64,000 bases of DNA from Ylistrum balloti (lineage: Eukaryota), in contig NW_026782435.1 in assembly GCF_031769215.1 (NCBI RefSeq), positions 124,001 through 188,000 of the forward strand, written 5' to 3'. Made by a program: the position numbers and the translations under genes. The notes beneath the pieces were generated by a model that saw only the letters and a program-made list of their open reading frames with translations, did no database searches and was not told the origin of the DNA. Below are positions 12,342 to 25,318 of this stretch, in pieces (the stretch's first letter is position 1; each line of letters opens with the position of its first letter).

Positions 12342-15300
12342 ATGTTGAGAAAGACATTGTTAGTTACCACTGTAGTGGGCGTGGTGAGTGTATTATATGC
12401 CTATGGGTACCTAGCTCCATATACCCGCATGTTGATGCGATATATACCAGACAATGTAAAGTCTACAATGGCGCGCTTCATCGACCTCTCTGACAGCAAA
12501 GGGATAAAGCCTTCAGACAGGATATTTACCAAGGATGAGTTGTGGAAATACCGCGGGGAGGACGGCGGCATCGTCTACTTGGCAGTATTGGGCGAGGTGT
12601 TTGATGTCAGTAAGGGTCGGAAACATTACGGACCGGGAGGAGGATATGAATTCTTTTCGGGTAAGCTATACTTTATTTCTTAATCTGAACTACCTGCATA
12701 AAGCATTGTCATTGTTTCCCAACCCATGTCATGGTCCATAAGTACCAAGGATATATTATGTATGGCCTGTGGGTTACCGGAAAGTTCGTACCTTGTCCAT
12801 ACTAGCTTAATGAAGAAATAGCACCCCAACTAAACGTGATGCGAAAACAAAATGACCATTGCTTAGTCTTTGAATCAGTCCAGAACACACATCAGTTCAG
12901 TTTTGTTGACAAAAAGCAATTTTTTTGTTTGCAGAAAGATAATAAGGTTGCAGTCATTTACTCTTAGAGAAAGATAGCAAGGTTTCAAAGTCAATTATCG
13001 CTCAGAGAACCGAAAGGGAACATAACGGTCGCTAGTACGTCAATCGGGAGTCTGCAGTAACTGTATTTACATCTCTTGGTGTAAATTAAGAAAAAGTTGC
13101 AATTGTTGCCGAAATCGTGGAACCAGGTACTAAACTTGGAATCACGGTGAACGTGTGTGCTTGGCTGTCTGCTCGGGGGTGGATCGGAGGGTTTGGTGTA
13201 AGTTTTGTTTTTATTTTAAGGGAGATAGTGGCAACAAGTGCATTAAAATAGGTTTTTAGTAACAAAAGATCAAAAACAACACGATTCACAGTACCAACCC
13301 CAAGAACGACGTAAACTTAAAAAAAAATAAATATATAAAAATCAATCAGATCCTAAAGGTTTCCTTTCAACTACCATAGAGGCACTACAAAAAAATGAAA
13401 AAATGTATAGCGAAAAATATATATGTGTCAGCACCATACAACTTGCCGATATACTAATTACCAAACACAAAGTACACAGAATCTAAATTGGCCTTAAAGC
13501 TTCCTAAGAAGTAAATGAAAAATAATGCAAAATTAATTGACAAAGTACACTATAAATGGCTCAGAGTAAAGAATGGGATAATCTGCAAATGAACATACGA
13601 GAGGAGATTAAGCACAGTTACGTTAAGTCATACAAATGTCTAAACACCACTGAAATATTCAAAATGCCACAGAAATGTCCACTATCAACAGCTCTTGCGG
13701 TAGTATCACTGGTAAACAAACTTAAAAGTATATGTGAACCGGAAGTACATCCTGGGGTCAAGGTCACATCATTTCAGCTGATACCAGTCTATCCATAAAG
13801 ATAACAATGTGTTGTTAGCAGTCTTTTCTCAAGAAAAATCAGCCTTCAAACAATATCCATCTATTGTATGCCGTATCTCATCACCTGTATGTCAATGACG
13901 TCACGAATCAAGCGGCTCCATTGAGTCCCATCGTAACCACACAAGTCACACACACAGATAATAAATTTCAAACACTGTATACCCCTCCTGGGGTAGAAAT
14001 TGCCTCCCAGAGAATACACAGGTGGACACTACACACCTATGATATTGTAGATGGTGTGCTAGACTAGTCCTTAATATGGGTGACATTGGGCTGCTGGGAT
14101 CATCTCACCTGGGTGCCGGGTACCCTCGATCCGTGCATGTCCCTACATGGGCGCCAATTTGTAACCGGGTTGCACATGGGTCTAAGAAATGACTAGGACA
14201 ACCAGGTCGGGTTCTTTCGTTTATTGAGCTTTTTTACCCGCAATCTATATAATCCAAGTAGTAGCGTATAAAGATTGAACCTACAATACACAATTAAAAA
14301 TACATGTCTTAACACAATGATAACAATACAAACCTACATCACTATCAATAGCACTATCTTATACATAGATTTACTTGTCAGTGGTAAATAACATACATGT
14401 GTATAATAAAACAAAGACAAGTATTACCCCTATATATCTGATACCACAAGGGGAGATAATCCACTTGCTCAACTATAAAAAACACACATACAGATATATA
14501 GCAATTATCAAGATAGTGGATATGATCCATATCTACATTACATTGATCAAATGTACAATTTACAACATGAACTATGAAACAATAGAATTCACTGGCCGGC
14601 TATTAATAGTACACAACCACATTTCACATATGAATTAAAGTACAAAATGTAAATTACACTAAAATAAGCTATTGTGCTTACCTCGACTATGGGTTGAGGA
14701 TCATACGCCTTAACCCGATCTACTAGGATAAGTACCAAAAAGAGTTTAGTTTCTGTATATATCACATTATTACGAGAGGTGAGAAACACACCTATCTCCA
14801 GCTAAGGCTCTTTTCCTTCTGACAATTTACACAAAGAACTTTCCCTCCAAAAATACAGCCAATAAAATAAAAGGTCAATTAAAAGGTCATGTCAAGGGTC
14901 GAGTTAGTTATGGACATTACATACAAATATCATGCAGACAAGACATGGACAGTACAGGTAATACTGGACAATACTTAGGTAGGTAGGTCACATGACCATA
15001 CCTATACATAGAACATATACAACATTGATACTCCATTAAGTGGTTACCACTTTCCATATACATCACCAGTACCTGTATATAGATATAACAAGTTCTTACT
15101 CTGCATTACACATAATACAGGTGCACTGCAATTATACACTAAAAATTCGTCAATATATACTTAGACCCTAATTTGCATAATAACTTTACAATACACAACT
15201 TGACCTACATGTACACTAATGTAAATTAACTGAAAAATAAAATACATTATTGGATTAGGTGAAATAGTTCACCTGGCCACATTTATACATATTTGTGTAA

Positions 15301-18300
15301 GAGTTTCTCAGTCTGTGTACTGCCGACACAGATATACTTGTTTGTTGAATGTTGTTGAATGTATTATATATCATTTTACCAGCAGTTGTGCTCTATGTGT
15401 ATCATTTCCATGTAAAACCGGATTTAATACGTATCTCACGCGGATCATACAAGTATTTAACAAAAAAAAAAAAAAAATCAGAAGATATGTTGATTGTCAA
15501 ACCATTCTTCTTCATTAGAAATAAATTGAGATACATATTCTTAACTGTCACTGAACCCTATCGTCAGCAGTAATATTTTCATAACTTCTTCTTGTGTACA
15601 CACTGTGTACAAGAACAGCATAGGAAACAATCTACCGATGCGATACGGATATATATTTCTTAAGATATAAATTGATGTTAAATTTATACACTTAGTCAAG
15701 TTCATTGTGACCAATGGTAGAATGTGTGACCATGTTGATAATCAGATGCCTTTGTTGACTGCTTAATAAATGCTCTGTCTTTTTAGGACGTGACGGGTCG
15801 CGAGCCTATGTTTCTGGAGATTTTACAGAAGCAGGACTTATTGACGACATCACGGGACTCTCACTTACAGATATCCGGGGTCTGGGCGACTGGGTGAAGT
15901 TCTACAGGAAAGACTACAAATATGTCGGTAAGGCGTCACGTCTGGCAGGAAAGAACTCAACACACGGTGATGAGACTCATGCCGTGAGGATTGAAGACTA
16001 CATCATACAATGATATATTTGCTAGGTGTATACAAGAAAACCATGTTTGTCTTTGAGGCGATTTACCACAAAGTCTTGACATGAATTCCCATCCCGTGGC
16101 CCCTATATTAGACACCTACAATATGCATTCACCCTAGTTACGTTGTATGTGTTTCGGTACGGGAATGTGTTTTGTATATTTTTGTTGTTGTTTGTAACAC
16201 ATATTCTCACTAAGAATGTCAGATTTCGTGGTTTTAGTCAACTGAAATGTGGTGTATATATACAGAGTATTGGTCATTTCAGAAGCCTATTCCTTTTACT
16301 ATGATTGAGACACCTAAAGTAGAAATTCCATACACGTGCTTTTAGGAGGTCAAACAGCAAGAGATAGAGTATTGTATCCCCACTAAAATTTCACATTATA
16401 AGGTTCTGGTATTTATCAAGGAGATACTCAATTACATGGATGACATAATAATTGTGGTTTGAGATTTCTTTTCAAGAGAACGGAAAAAATGGCATACATA
16501 TGTTAGCATGATGATGTATAATGCAAAAAAAATTCAAAACGTTACTATCTCGTCTGACACCAAGATCAATAGCGGACATTTTACGAAACAATTAGTTTGA
16601 TTATTTTTTCGAACTAATAATTTCCAGTTTAAACTCATGCACGTGAAAGATTGTATCGTATCATTCATTTATCATTTCAGGTAAAGTTGTTGGAAATTTT
16701 TATGACGAGGCGGGAACGCCGACAGCGGCGTACCACGGCTACCAGAAACAGCTTGCTGCCGCCGAAAACGAAAATGCGTTAACAGCAGCAGATTATAAAC
16801 GGTTCCCGCCTTGTAACTCCGAGTCAGCGCAAGGAAAAGGCAGAAGACTATGGTGTTCAAATCTCAGGTACAAATACAGCGTAGCATTACAGAAATTATA
16901 TACCGTTTCCGAATAATATTTTACGGTTAGCCCCAACCCACCTGCACTGGTGCACAGCTGCCAAGCATCATGCAAGCCCGAAAATTAAATGGATTTTAGT
17001 TTAAACAATATTTTTATTCAGTAATAAGCATTTAATTACAGACAGGTACGCATAATCTTATGGGATGGGAAAACAAGCTTAAAGCTTATATTAATTCCTT
17101 TCCCATGTACATACAAAAACAAATATAAATCGGAAATGGAACACCTAACATCGACATTGGATGAAAAAGTAATATTTGGACATAACAATAAAACATATTA
17201 ACTTACGTATACGCACATGTGGTGGATAGAATTACAAAATGTAATTTACAACTTAAGTAGTGGCGCCTTAATTTATTGGTATGTAAAAAAGGTTACCTTT
17301 CAAAGCTCCATTCAGATCTATGAAACAATACATAATGTACAGTTTTATAATAAGAATTAAAGGACAAAAAATATTAGGTAAAACGTTTACTAAGCTTGAT
17401 ATAATTTTGCACGGTCAAGAATATTTGTTCATTTTTCTGTTTAGAGTAAGTGTCGTTTCCCCATAATAGAGTTTTTTCAGTTAGAGTAATATCTAGTTGA
17501 AGTAAAGTATTTTGTCGAATTATGTTATAATTAGCACAAGACAATAAAAAATGGTGGGTACTTTCTACTAACCCGCATGAACAAAATGGACTTTCTTCCA
17601 GATTTCTTAAGTATAAATGTTGTTTGAGATTACTGCATTTAAGTCTCAATCGTGTATGTAAAATTTGAAGGTTTCTACTTCCAATATTAAAATAGTGTGG
17701 AACCATTACATTTTCTTTTTGTAAAAATCTTTTGATAATCCTGACAGACGGATTTTCGCGAATGTCGATTGGTAAAGAATTCCATAAATGTACTGAAGAA
17801 TTTAAAAAAGATGTTTTATAAAACTGAGTCCTGCAATTAATTAATAGTAAATTGTTTGAATTTCTAGTATTATGTCTGTGGGTATCTGATACCTTACTTG
17901 GAATTAGACTGGATAGATAAAATGGAGTTTTCTTATGATACATTTTATGAAACTGCAAGAGTTTATGATTTTCCCGTCTTTTAGAAAGTTTTTCCCAACC
18001 CACATCTTTATACAATAAACTAACACTTGACAATTTAGTAGCACCTGTAACTATTCTTGCAGCTTCTATTTGGATGTTTTCTAAATTTTGACATAAATAA
18101 TTGGGTAAATTATCCCAAACTACGTCAGAATATTCCAAAATAGGTCTGATAAAAGCAAAATATATTGTTTGGAGAGAATTCCTATCAAGTATGTTTTTTA
18201 AATTTCTTAAAACCGCTAGTCTTGGTGACACTTTCTTTAATATGTAATCAGTATGATTTTTCCATGTACCATCATCAGAAAATAACACCCCTAAATGCTT

Positions 18301-21240
18301 ATGAGATTTTACATTAGTTACATTGACATTGTCCATAGTGATAGGATCATAAATTCCTGGTATAGTTTTTCGGCTAATTAATAAAGATTCTGTCTTGTCT
18401 GGATTAAATTTTACTAACCACTTATTTGCCCATACATGTATTTTTGAAAGATCATTATTGATGGTATTAATAGCAATCGTGGGATTTTCAACTATGATAT
18501 ACAAGGCTGTGTCATCAGCAAATAACTTTATTTTACAACTAATATCATTCACTATATCATTAATATATACTAAAAAGAAGAGAGGACCTAATATTGAACC
18601 TTGAGGTACACCTGCTTTGATATTTTGGGTTTCAGAGAAAATACCATTTATAACAACCCTTTGACTTCTGTCAGTTAAATAATTTTTGCACCAAGATAGC
18701 AATTTACCAGAAACGCCAGATTTTTCCAATTTATGTATAAGACCCCTGTGCCAAACACTATCAAACGCTTTACTTATATCACAGAATACGGCAATGATTT
18801 CTTTACCCGCGTCTAAAGCCCTCCCAATATCATTTGTAATGTCTAATAATTGATTTGTTGCAGAATCCCCAGGTGTGAAGCCCGATTGACAATTTGTAAA
18901 ATAATTTGTATCTCTAAAAAAATTGTAAAGATGTTTAAAAATACACCTTTCCATTAGTTTGCCAACGATACTTATCAAAGATATAGGTCTATAGTTTGAA
19001 ACAACGGATTTGTCACCTTTTTTAAAAACTGGTGTAACATTAGCGACTTTCCATATAGAAGGATATATACCACAGTCGATAGATTTGTTAAACAATTTAG
19101 AAAGAATTGAAATAATAGACCCTGTCTTTGCTTCCTTAATAATTCTTGGACTCATTTTATCTGGACCAGAAGCTTTAGAAGTATCTAACTTATTTATTGC
19201 ATCTTCAACATCTTGTTCAGTGATATCAATATTTTCAAGTGTATTATTAGTAGCTACATTATTTGGTAGTGTTACATTAGAGTCGTCGATAGTAGACTGG
19301 CTAATAAAGTAATTGTTAAAAAGATCTGCTTTTTGTTTACTATCACCATAATATATATCATTTTGCATTAACGTTGGTATATGAGAAGTTTTGGTTGAAA
19401 AATTTGTAAAATTGTTAATCAACTTCCACCAGTCACGTGTTGATGTAGACATACATTTTATCTTACCGGTTAACTTTAAAACATATTCATTTTTTGCTTT
19501 CCTTATAGCGTCAATACATTTATTTCTTGCCTGTCTAAATTTCTGCCAGTGATACGGATTTTGGGTACCTTTAGCTTTTCGGTGTAATCGTTTTCGATCC
19601 CTTATTAATTTTCTTACATCATTATGCATCCATAGTGGTTCATTATGCCTTATTGTTACTGTTTTATTAGGAATACATATTTTAGCAGCATCTAATATTG
19701 TGGAATTAAAAAAAATGGCAAATTCGTCAATTGATAAATTTTCAAATGGACTAATCCAGTCGATATTATTCAATCTATCCCAAAACATTTTGTAGTCACC
19801 GTTTTTATATAACCATATATGCCTTTGAATACTTGATTTCAAACTGTTACGACTAACATCTAAAAATGTATAAATAGGGCAGTGATATCTAGTCTCAGCA
19901 GGTAAAAAAGATTCTCCAACAACAACTTCCTTAATAACGCCTATATTATTTGTCATAAATATGTCTAAAAGAGAGGATGAATTTTCTGTGAAATGAGTAG
20001 GTTCATCAACAAGTTGAATAAAATTATATCGATACATTAAATCAATAATACGATTAGGGTTTGTAGCTAATTGATTTTCATTAAAATCACCTGTTATCAA
20101 TATACTATCAAATTCATAATTGGCAACCATATCAATAGAATGATCAATTAAATTCCAAATTTCATTCCCAGAGTTCGGAGGTCTATAAAAGGTTCCTAGC
20201 ATAATAATTTTATTGTTAAGCTGCAGTTCTATCCAAATGCATTCTAGATTATTAATTTCAAATTCCGAACGCCGGATCGCAGTAATATTTTTATTAACAT
20301 ACACGGCAATACCCCCACCGATTCTATCAGACCGAGATTTTACAAAAGGGTTATGAAATTTAGAAAGAAGAAGTTCGCCGGACTTTTCTGTTGTAGGTGA
20401 TAACCAAGTTTCAGTAAAGGATAAGATATCATATTGATGTAGTTCACTAAAGATTAAGTCCACTTTAGGTAATAGGCTCTGAACGTTGTAGTGCACTAAT
20501 GATAAATAATCTTGGTTAAGAATTGATAAATCTGAAAGGGATGAACTACCAGGACCCGGGTTACTTTCAATATCTCCACAACGTACGAGTAAATGTTGAA
20601 AATATATTAAATATACACTACCCATGCCAATCGACCAACTGTCAATAACACTTACAAAGTTCAAGTTGGGGTACGGTCCCCAAATATAGAGGGAGTAGTA
20701 AAGACAAAGGAGTAATACATAGCACACAATAATGTTCAAAACAGCATTTACATGTACATTATTAGAATATTCATTCGACTTATTTACATTACTTAAGTTT
20801 AAAGGTTTGTCTTTCATAAGCATATGAAGAAATACCATAATAGGCATCGCATTGATTTTATAAACCAAAAATAAATTGGTTGCTAAAATGATAATGAGGT
20901 CTAATTGTTTGCTCAAAGGTAACCGACTTGACCTCGCGTGATACAATGGATTTTATTAATTCATTTGCACGACTCAATCTGAATAATTGATGTGGTACAT
21001 CTAGATTTTGTCTGTTGTAGTGGTGGTATACAGCGAGACTGGGCAGGGCTTCCAAGAGAGTATTACAGACCTGGAGCAGCAAAACCACGCTGCGCATGCG
21101 TTAAGGATGTGGGACCACCATCAGAAAAATCAAACATCGCTTCAGTTGATAAAAACAATGGCGATCTTGACAACCCAAATATGAAAATTTATACGGGATG
21201 TGATCCGAAATCCATATCATGTTCATTTAATGATTTTTAG
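12342..21240 (+). CDS. CYB5D2: Neuferricin (cytochrome b5 domain-containing protein 2, MAPR family), 288 aa
   Basis: Exons 12342-12660, 15787-15927, 16681-16867, 21021-21240. All introns are GT-AG, phases 1/1/2 are consistent, total 867 nt. Motifs: [60 protein letters not shown], RCACV. Confidence 0.95.
16999..20944 (-). mobile_element. Apparently intact CR1/L2-like non-LTR retrotransposon in CYB5D2 intron 3, antisense to host
   Basis: Flanked by direct repeat AATGGATTTTA at 16988-16998 and 20945-20955. One uninterrupted ORF. 3' end aataaaaatattgtttaaact without a long poly(A) tail. Confidence 0.93.
17374..20847 (-). CDS. LINE ORF2: hydrophobic leader + 2A-like peptide + APE endonuclease + reverse transcriptase + C-terminal Cys/His region
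   Basis: EN motifs NVQSL, FTETWL, GGGIAVY, YRPP, TGDFN, LLDIF. RT motifs KASGPD, YRPISL, DISKAFD, GVPQGSILGP, LFADD. C-terminal CSCG...HHFLLSC. First ATG at 20847; the ORF-track start at 20946 is a TTG inside the TSD. Confidence 0.93.
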   Translation of the reverse strand: MPIMVFLHMLMKDKPLNLSNVNKSNEYSNNVHVNAVLNIIVCYVLLLCLYYSLYIWGPYPNLNFVSVIDSWSIGMGSVYLIYFQHLLVRCGDIESNPGPGSSSLSDLSILNQDYLSLVHYNVQSLLPKVDLIFSELHQYDILSFTETWLSPTTEKSGELLLSKFHNPFVKSRSDRIGGGIAVYVNKNITAIRRSEFEINNLECIWIELQLNNKIIMLGTFYRPPNSGNEIWNLIDHSIDMVANYEFDSILITGDFNENQLATNPNRIIDLMYRYNFIQLVDEPTHFTENSSSLLDIFMTNNIGVIKEVVVGESFLPAETRYHCPIYTFLDVSRNSLKSSIQRHIWLYKNGDYKMFWDRLNNIDWISPFENLSIDEFAIFFNSTILDAAKICIPNKTVTIRHNEPLWMHNDVRKLIRDRKRLHRKAKGTQNPYHWQKFRQARNKCIDAIRKAKNEYVLKLTGKIKCMSTSTRDWWKLINNFTNFSTKTSHIPTLMQNDIYYGDSKQKADLFNNYFISQSTIDDSNVTLPNNVATNNTLENIDITEQDVEDAINKLDTSKASGPDKMSPRIIKEAKTGSIISILSKLFNKSIDCGIYPSIWKVANVTPVFKKGDKSVVSNYRPISLISIVGKLMERCIFKHLYNFFRDTNYFTNCQSGFTPGDSATNQLLDITNDIGRALDAGKEIIAVFCDISKAFDSVWHRGLIHKLEKSGVSGKLLSWCKNYLTDRSQRVVINGIFSETQNIKAGVPQGSILGPLFFLVYINDIVNDISCKIKLFADDTALYIIVENPTIAINTINNDLSKIHVWANKWLVKFNPDKTESLLISRKTIPGIYDPITMDNVNVTNVKSHKHLGVLFSDDGTWKNHTDYILKKVSPRLAVLRNLKNILDRNSLQTIYFAFIRPILEYSDVVWDNLPNYLCQNLENIQIEAARIVTGATKLSSVSLLYKDVGWEKLSKRRENHKLLQFHKMYHKKTPFYLSSLIPSKVSDTHRHNTRNSNNLLLINCRTQFYKTSFLNSSVHLWNSLPIDIRENPSVRIIKRFLQKENVMVPHYFNIGSRNLQILHTRLRLKCSNLKQHLYLRNLEESPFCSCGLVESTHHFLLSCANYNIIRQNTLLQLDITLTEKTLLWGNDTYSKQKNEQIFLTVQNYIKLSKRFT

Positions 21241-23319
21241 TGAAAATTTAATTTGTTAGGAAGGAACGCTCAATTAACACATTCAATTGTCATTATTGTG
21301 CATTGTACATTGGCAATGATAGATATTTAAAAAAGGAAACAAGAAAAAAAAACATGCTAACAAAGACAATTTTATTGAATTTTCAATTGAAAACACGCAT
21401 TTTATTGATTGAACACATTACATGTGATTATTTACATTTTTACAAACAAGTATATTTGTTGATATGTGTGTGTTCATTGGACGTTCCAGAATTAACATTT
21501 AATAATTTATTTTCCTTTTCAAGTAATGAATGATACATTTTTGTTTACGCGTCCCATTGTTAAAGTAAGATATATTCTTGACTGTAGACACAGTTACAAT
21601 GACAGTGTCATTACTGAGATATTTTTTTATCCTGAATCTTCCATATCAAATAGTTGTTGCACTTCACACGTGTGTCAATGAAAGACAATATGTTGAGTAA
21701 CATGTGCCAATTGTTAACGAATATCGAACAAAGTGAAGGGTGTTGAAAGAAAGTAAAATTGATAAGAACATTGATGTCTTGCCTGTCTTGCCTTTTTACA
21801 AAACCGAACCATGTAATAGTAAGAAACAAAATCAGAATTCAACAAATTGATTTATAATAATGAATGTATTTCGTTACCATTCAAAGCGAAAGTACACCAT
21901 AGAAAAGTAGCCATCTGTGTGAAATAGAAATGTTTGTCTGGATAGGCAATGGAATAATGAGTATGGGCTCTGATGAATGACAAACTGACATGAAAGATTT
22001 CCCTCAATACCACATGGTTCAATAATGTTAGTGATACAGCAAAAGGTTTTTTTTCCAGAATAATGTATGAAATATATGGAAATACTCGTTGGGTGTCCCT
22101 CTTACATGAAATGGCTTGCTTAAATTACATTCACTTTCAAGTCAATATTGAAAATTTATAAAATTGTCTGCCTGGTCAGACTCAAGATAGTAATGATTAG
22201 GTTTCTAGGAACTGGTGGTTTTCTAAGGTAACTAACATACCGAACACTCCGACAAGAACAGATAGAATGACCCTATTGACCTAACTATGAAATGTATAAC
22301 CCTAATAGATATCATAACTATATATAATAGCGACGATCTCCCTAATAATAATAAAATAGCTGGCTGGTCTATGGAAACTACCATAATCGCTCGTAATCAG
22401 TCTCTCATTCACTTTTACTCGCACTTTAGTTCATACAAACGCCTTCATGCTAGTTTGTAACTTGCTTATTACCATATACAGTACATCCTTATACTGCCGG
22501 AGGAAATAAGTGCCTAACAACCCACTCATACCATTAGTGTCGGCTTACACTAACCTGTGATAAAAGGGATTAGCATTCTTTATGAAATCCAATCTCACTC
22601 CCCCCCCCCCCTTGATTTTGCAGCAAAGAGGTTAAGCTTAGTTTTTGTCAACATTTCATTCCTCAGCTCTGACCGGTCCAGTAGCTTTTGTGAGATTATT
22701 GAGCCAGCGGACCCCGAGGTTTTTTACCTCCTCGTTGTTGGAGCCCAGGTGTCTTTAGGTAGGTTATGTCCCTCCCTGTTTGTAGGATCAAACCTTCAGT
22801 TGTACTTCTCCCATCCGAGATGTATATGGGAAGAGGGTTGAATGTATTTACGACTAATTCAGAGATTTGATTCAGTTTAAAACGGAATTATAGAATAGAG
22901 AAAGAGAGGGGGCGAAAACAGAAACAAAGATAAAGAGAGGGGACTTTAGCGGCAGAGACACGCCAAGAAAGACACAGGCTGACACAGTCGAAGAATGGAG
23001 AATTGAGAGAAACAGGCAATCTGAAAGACTCGTGTACAAGCGGAGAAAGAGAAACACAAATAATGCACAGACGGACGGACCATAGCTATAGAATCTAGAA
23101 ACAATGTTTTTAGAGATATCACGTAGATTATTGGCCCCAGATCCACCTTATATCTCACTCCATATCCGATTCATGCACCTGATCTATTTTTATTCTTAAA
23201 AGGCTCGAATAGAATTATGTAAAATTCACAACTTCATTAAGGTTTATATTAAGCCTGATTGGATCCATCTCATCGTAAATTTTCCATATCTTGACAGTAA
23301 CATTCCTACTTAGTCCTTC

Positions 23320-24400
23320 TTCGTAGTTGGTTCGGTAGGCATTGGTAACAATATCAAATTCCATGATTTAAACACATTGTATTGTCAAAATCAGCCATAG
23401 AACACAATACAGGAATATTCGTTATTATCAACAATAGTGACAATGACATGTTAATGTTAGCTGGTAAACTGCGGAATGTCCGGGAAGGATACCAGATTAA
23501 TTTTCATTAAAAAATCATTATCTTCAGCAAAGTTGATTATATGTTTAACAACACACATTTCATTAATTTTGAAATAGAAAAATAATTTGAAAGAGAAATC
23601 AGTATATAATTGGAAAGATTTCTGGGTTCTCCTTGTTTTAGATAATGATGAGATAAGTGGTTGTTTACGATCAAAGGGAAAACAGTTATTAACAAGCCTT
23701 CATTGAAAATCTTTAAAAAATACGAAAAGATAAGTTTGTAACCACTACTAGCGTTGTCTATACTTAAACTCCACTCTCAAGAAATATAACGTTTGATGTA
23801 AAGAAACCATTACACAAGTAGGCTCAGTAAAGATCTACAAATGCTATGGTCAGCGACTAGGACTTCTGTGCTTATTTCGATGTCTCAAGTCAACACTCAC
23901 CAAGAATTCAAACATCGAAACAATAACCACATTTCAACGAAATCCATCATAATTCGTCTTTTATGACACATCACATCAGCCCAAATACTTTTCAGAGTGA
24001 CTGGTTCAAACTCGTTTGTGTCGAGTGTTAATAGTACCGGAGACATAACGTAACCAGACATAATCTGACTCGTCTTCAATAGTCATCAAGGTGTGTCTCT
24101 GTGCAGCATAGATGATCAGATTCACTGGTAATAGTCAACAAAGGTGAATCTATTTCTAATGCTTCTGACGTCAAAAGTAAAAAATTAAGTCAAAATTACC
24201 AAGGTTGTTGGGACCTGGTTTTATCTCAATGTCTCCGCTAAAGATTAAAATAACGAAATGTAATGGCAAGACAGTGCTGTAGAATCCGGACGCGTGTGGG
24301 GGGTAGTCACCACGTAATCAATGTCTTCTGATAACTATAATTGACGAGCTTTATCAGGCGTTGTTAAGTGCCCTCTCACCTCTTTACATGTGCGTATCCG
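23320..24400 (-). mobile_element. Old degraded CR1/L2-like LINE 5' part (2A relic + APE endonuclease)
   Basis: Pieces SGDIEIKPGP (24210-24239), DVRSIRNR, DHLCCTETHLDD, LKSIWADV and RSP, broken by stops and frameshifts. Confidence 0.6.
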
Positions 24401-25318
24401 TCACTTAAGTGTTTAAGGTTGAAAACACAAAGTCCTATATCACTCACTTTTTTGTGAAAACTCTGTAAGTTCAGAATACAAAGTACAAAGTCTACAACAC
24501 TAATGTAAATCATAAAAGTTAAAACTCTGACCAGCATACCCGACGATCTAACCCGTTTGATGATGAACTATATATTGCAAAACTTTAATATTAACTATAA
24601 GTATTGATAGCTAGGCCACGTTTTGAAATGAAATAAGAAAAATAGGAGGGGATGGGGGAATGACCGATAAGTTGTTAAATCGCATGCCAAATTGTTAAAT
24701 GTATAATACCGCTTTGACTGTGAAATATGTTTCTTTGTGGTGCACAATGGCATATGTTGCAGATTTAAAGGGAAATGTTAAGTTGTTCCAGTCTGACGCA
24801 TGATTTATAAAATAAGACACACGATATCACTATAACGGGGATTGATTGATGCCACTAGATATGGGGAACGATATCACTGAATGAACACTATCACTGGACG
24901 TTCGGATCAATACAACTAGTATGGGGAACGATTAAACTGGACGTTGGCATCGGTACCATTGGATTTTGGGAACGGTATTACTGGATATATATAATTTGAC
25001 GTAGTGAACTATCTCTGATAGTGTAACCTATGTCAGTAGTCAAAACCAATACTAATTCAAAGGAAAACATTCGTCTTTTCTTCAAGCGTTTGGCGAAACC
25101 ACCGAAATATAGAAGCCTCCATAATTCACTAACAAGAATTATGTTTTCATCGTTTATTTCAACATCTAACTCGTTTTAACATCTATATAGTAGAACTTTT
25201 CATCACCAACTATTGCCAAGCTCCTGTTGATTAAATTTGGACTTAAACTGAATTTAGAACATATTTCCATGTCTGTGTAAATGGCAATGATATATAGGTC
25301 GATTGTTTCTAAGAGTTT

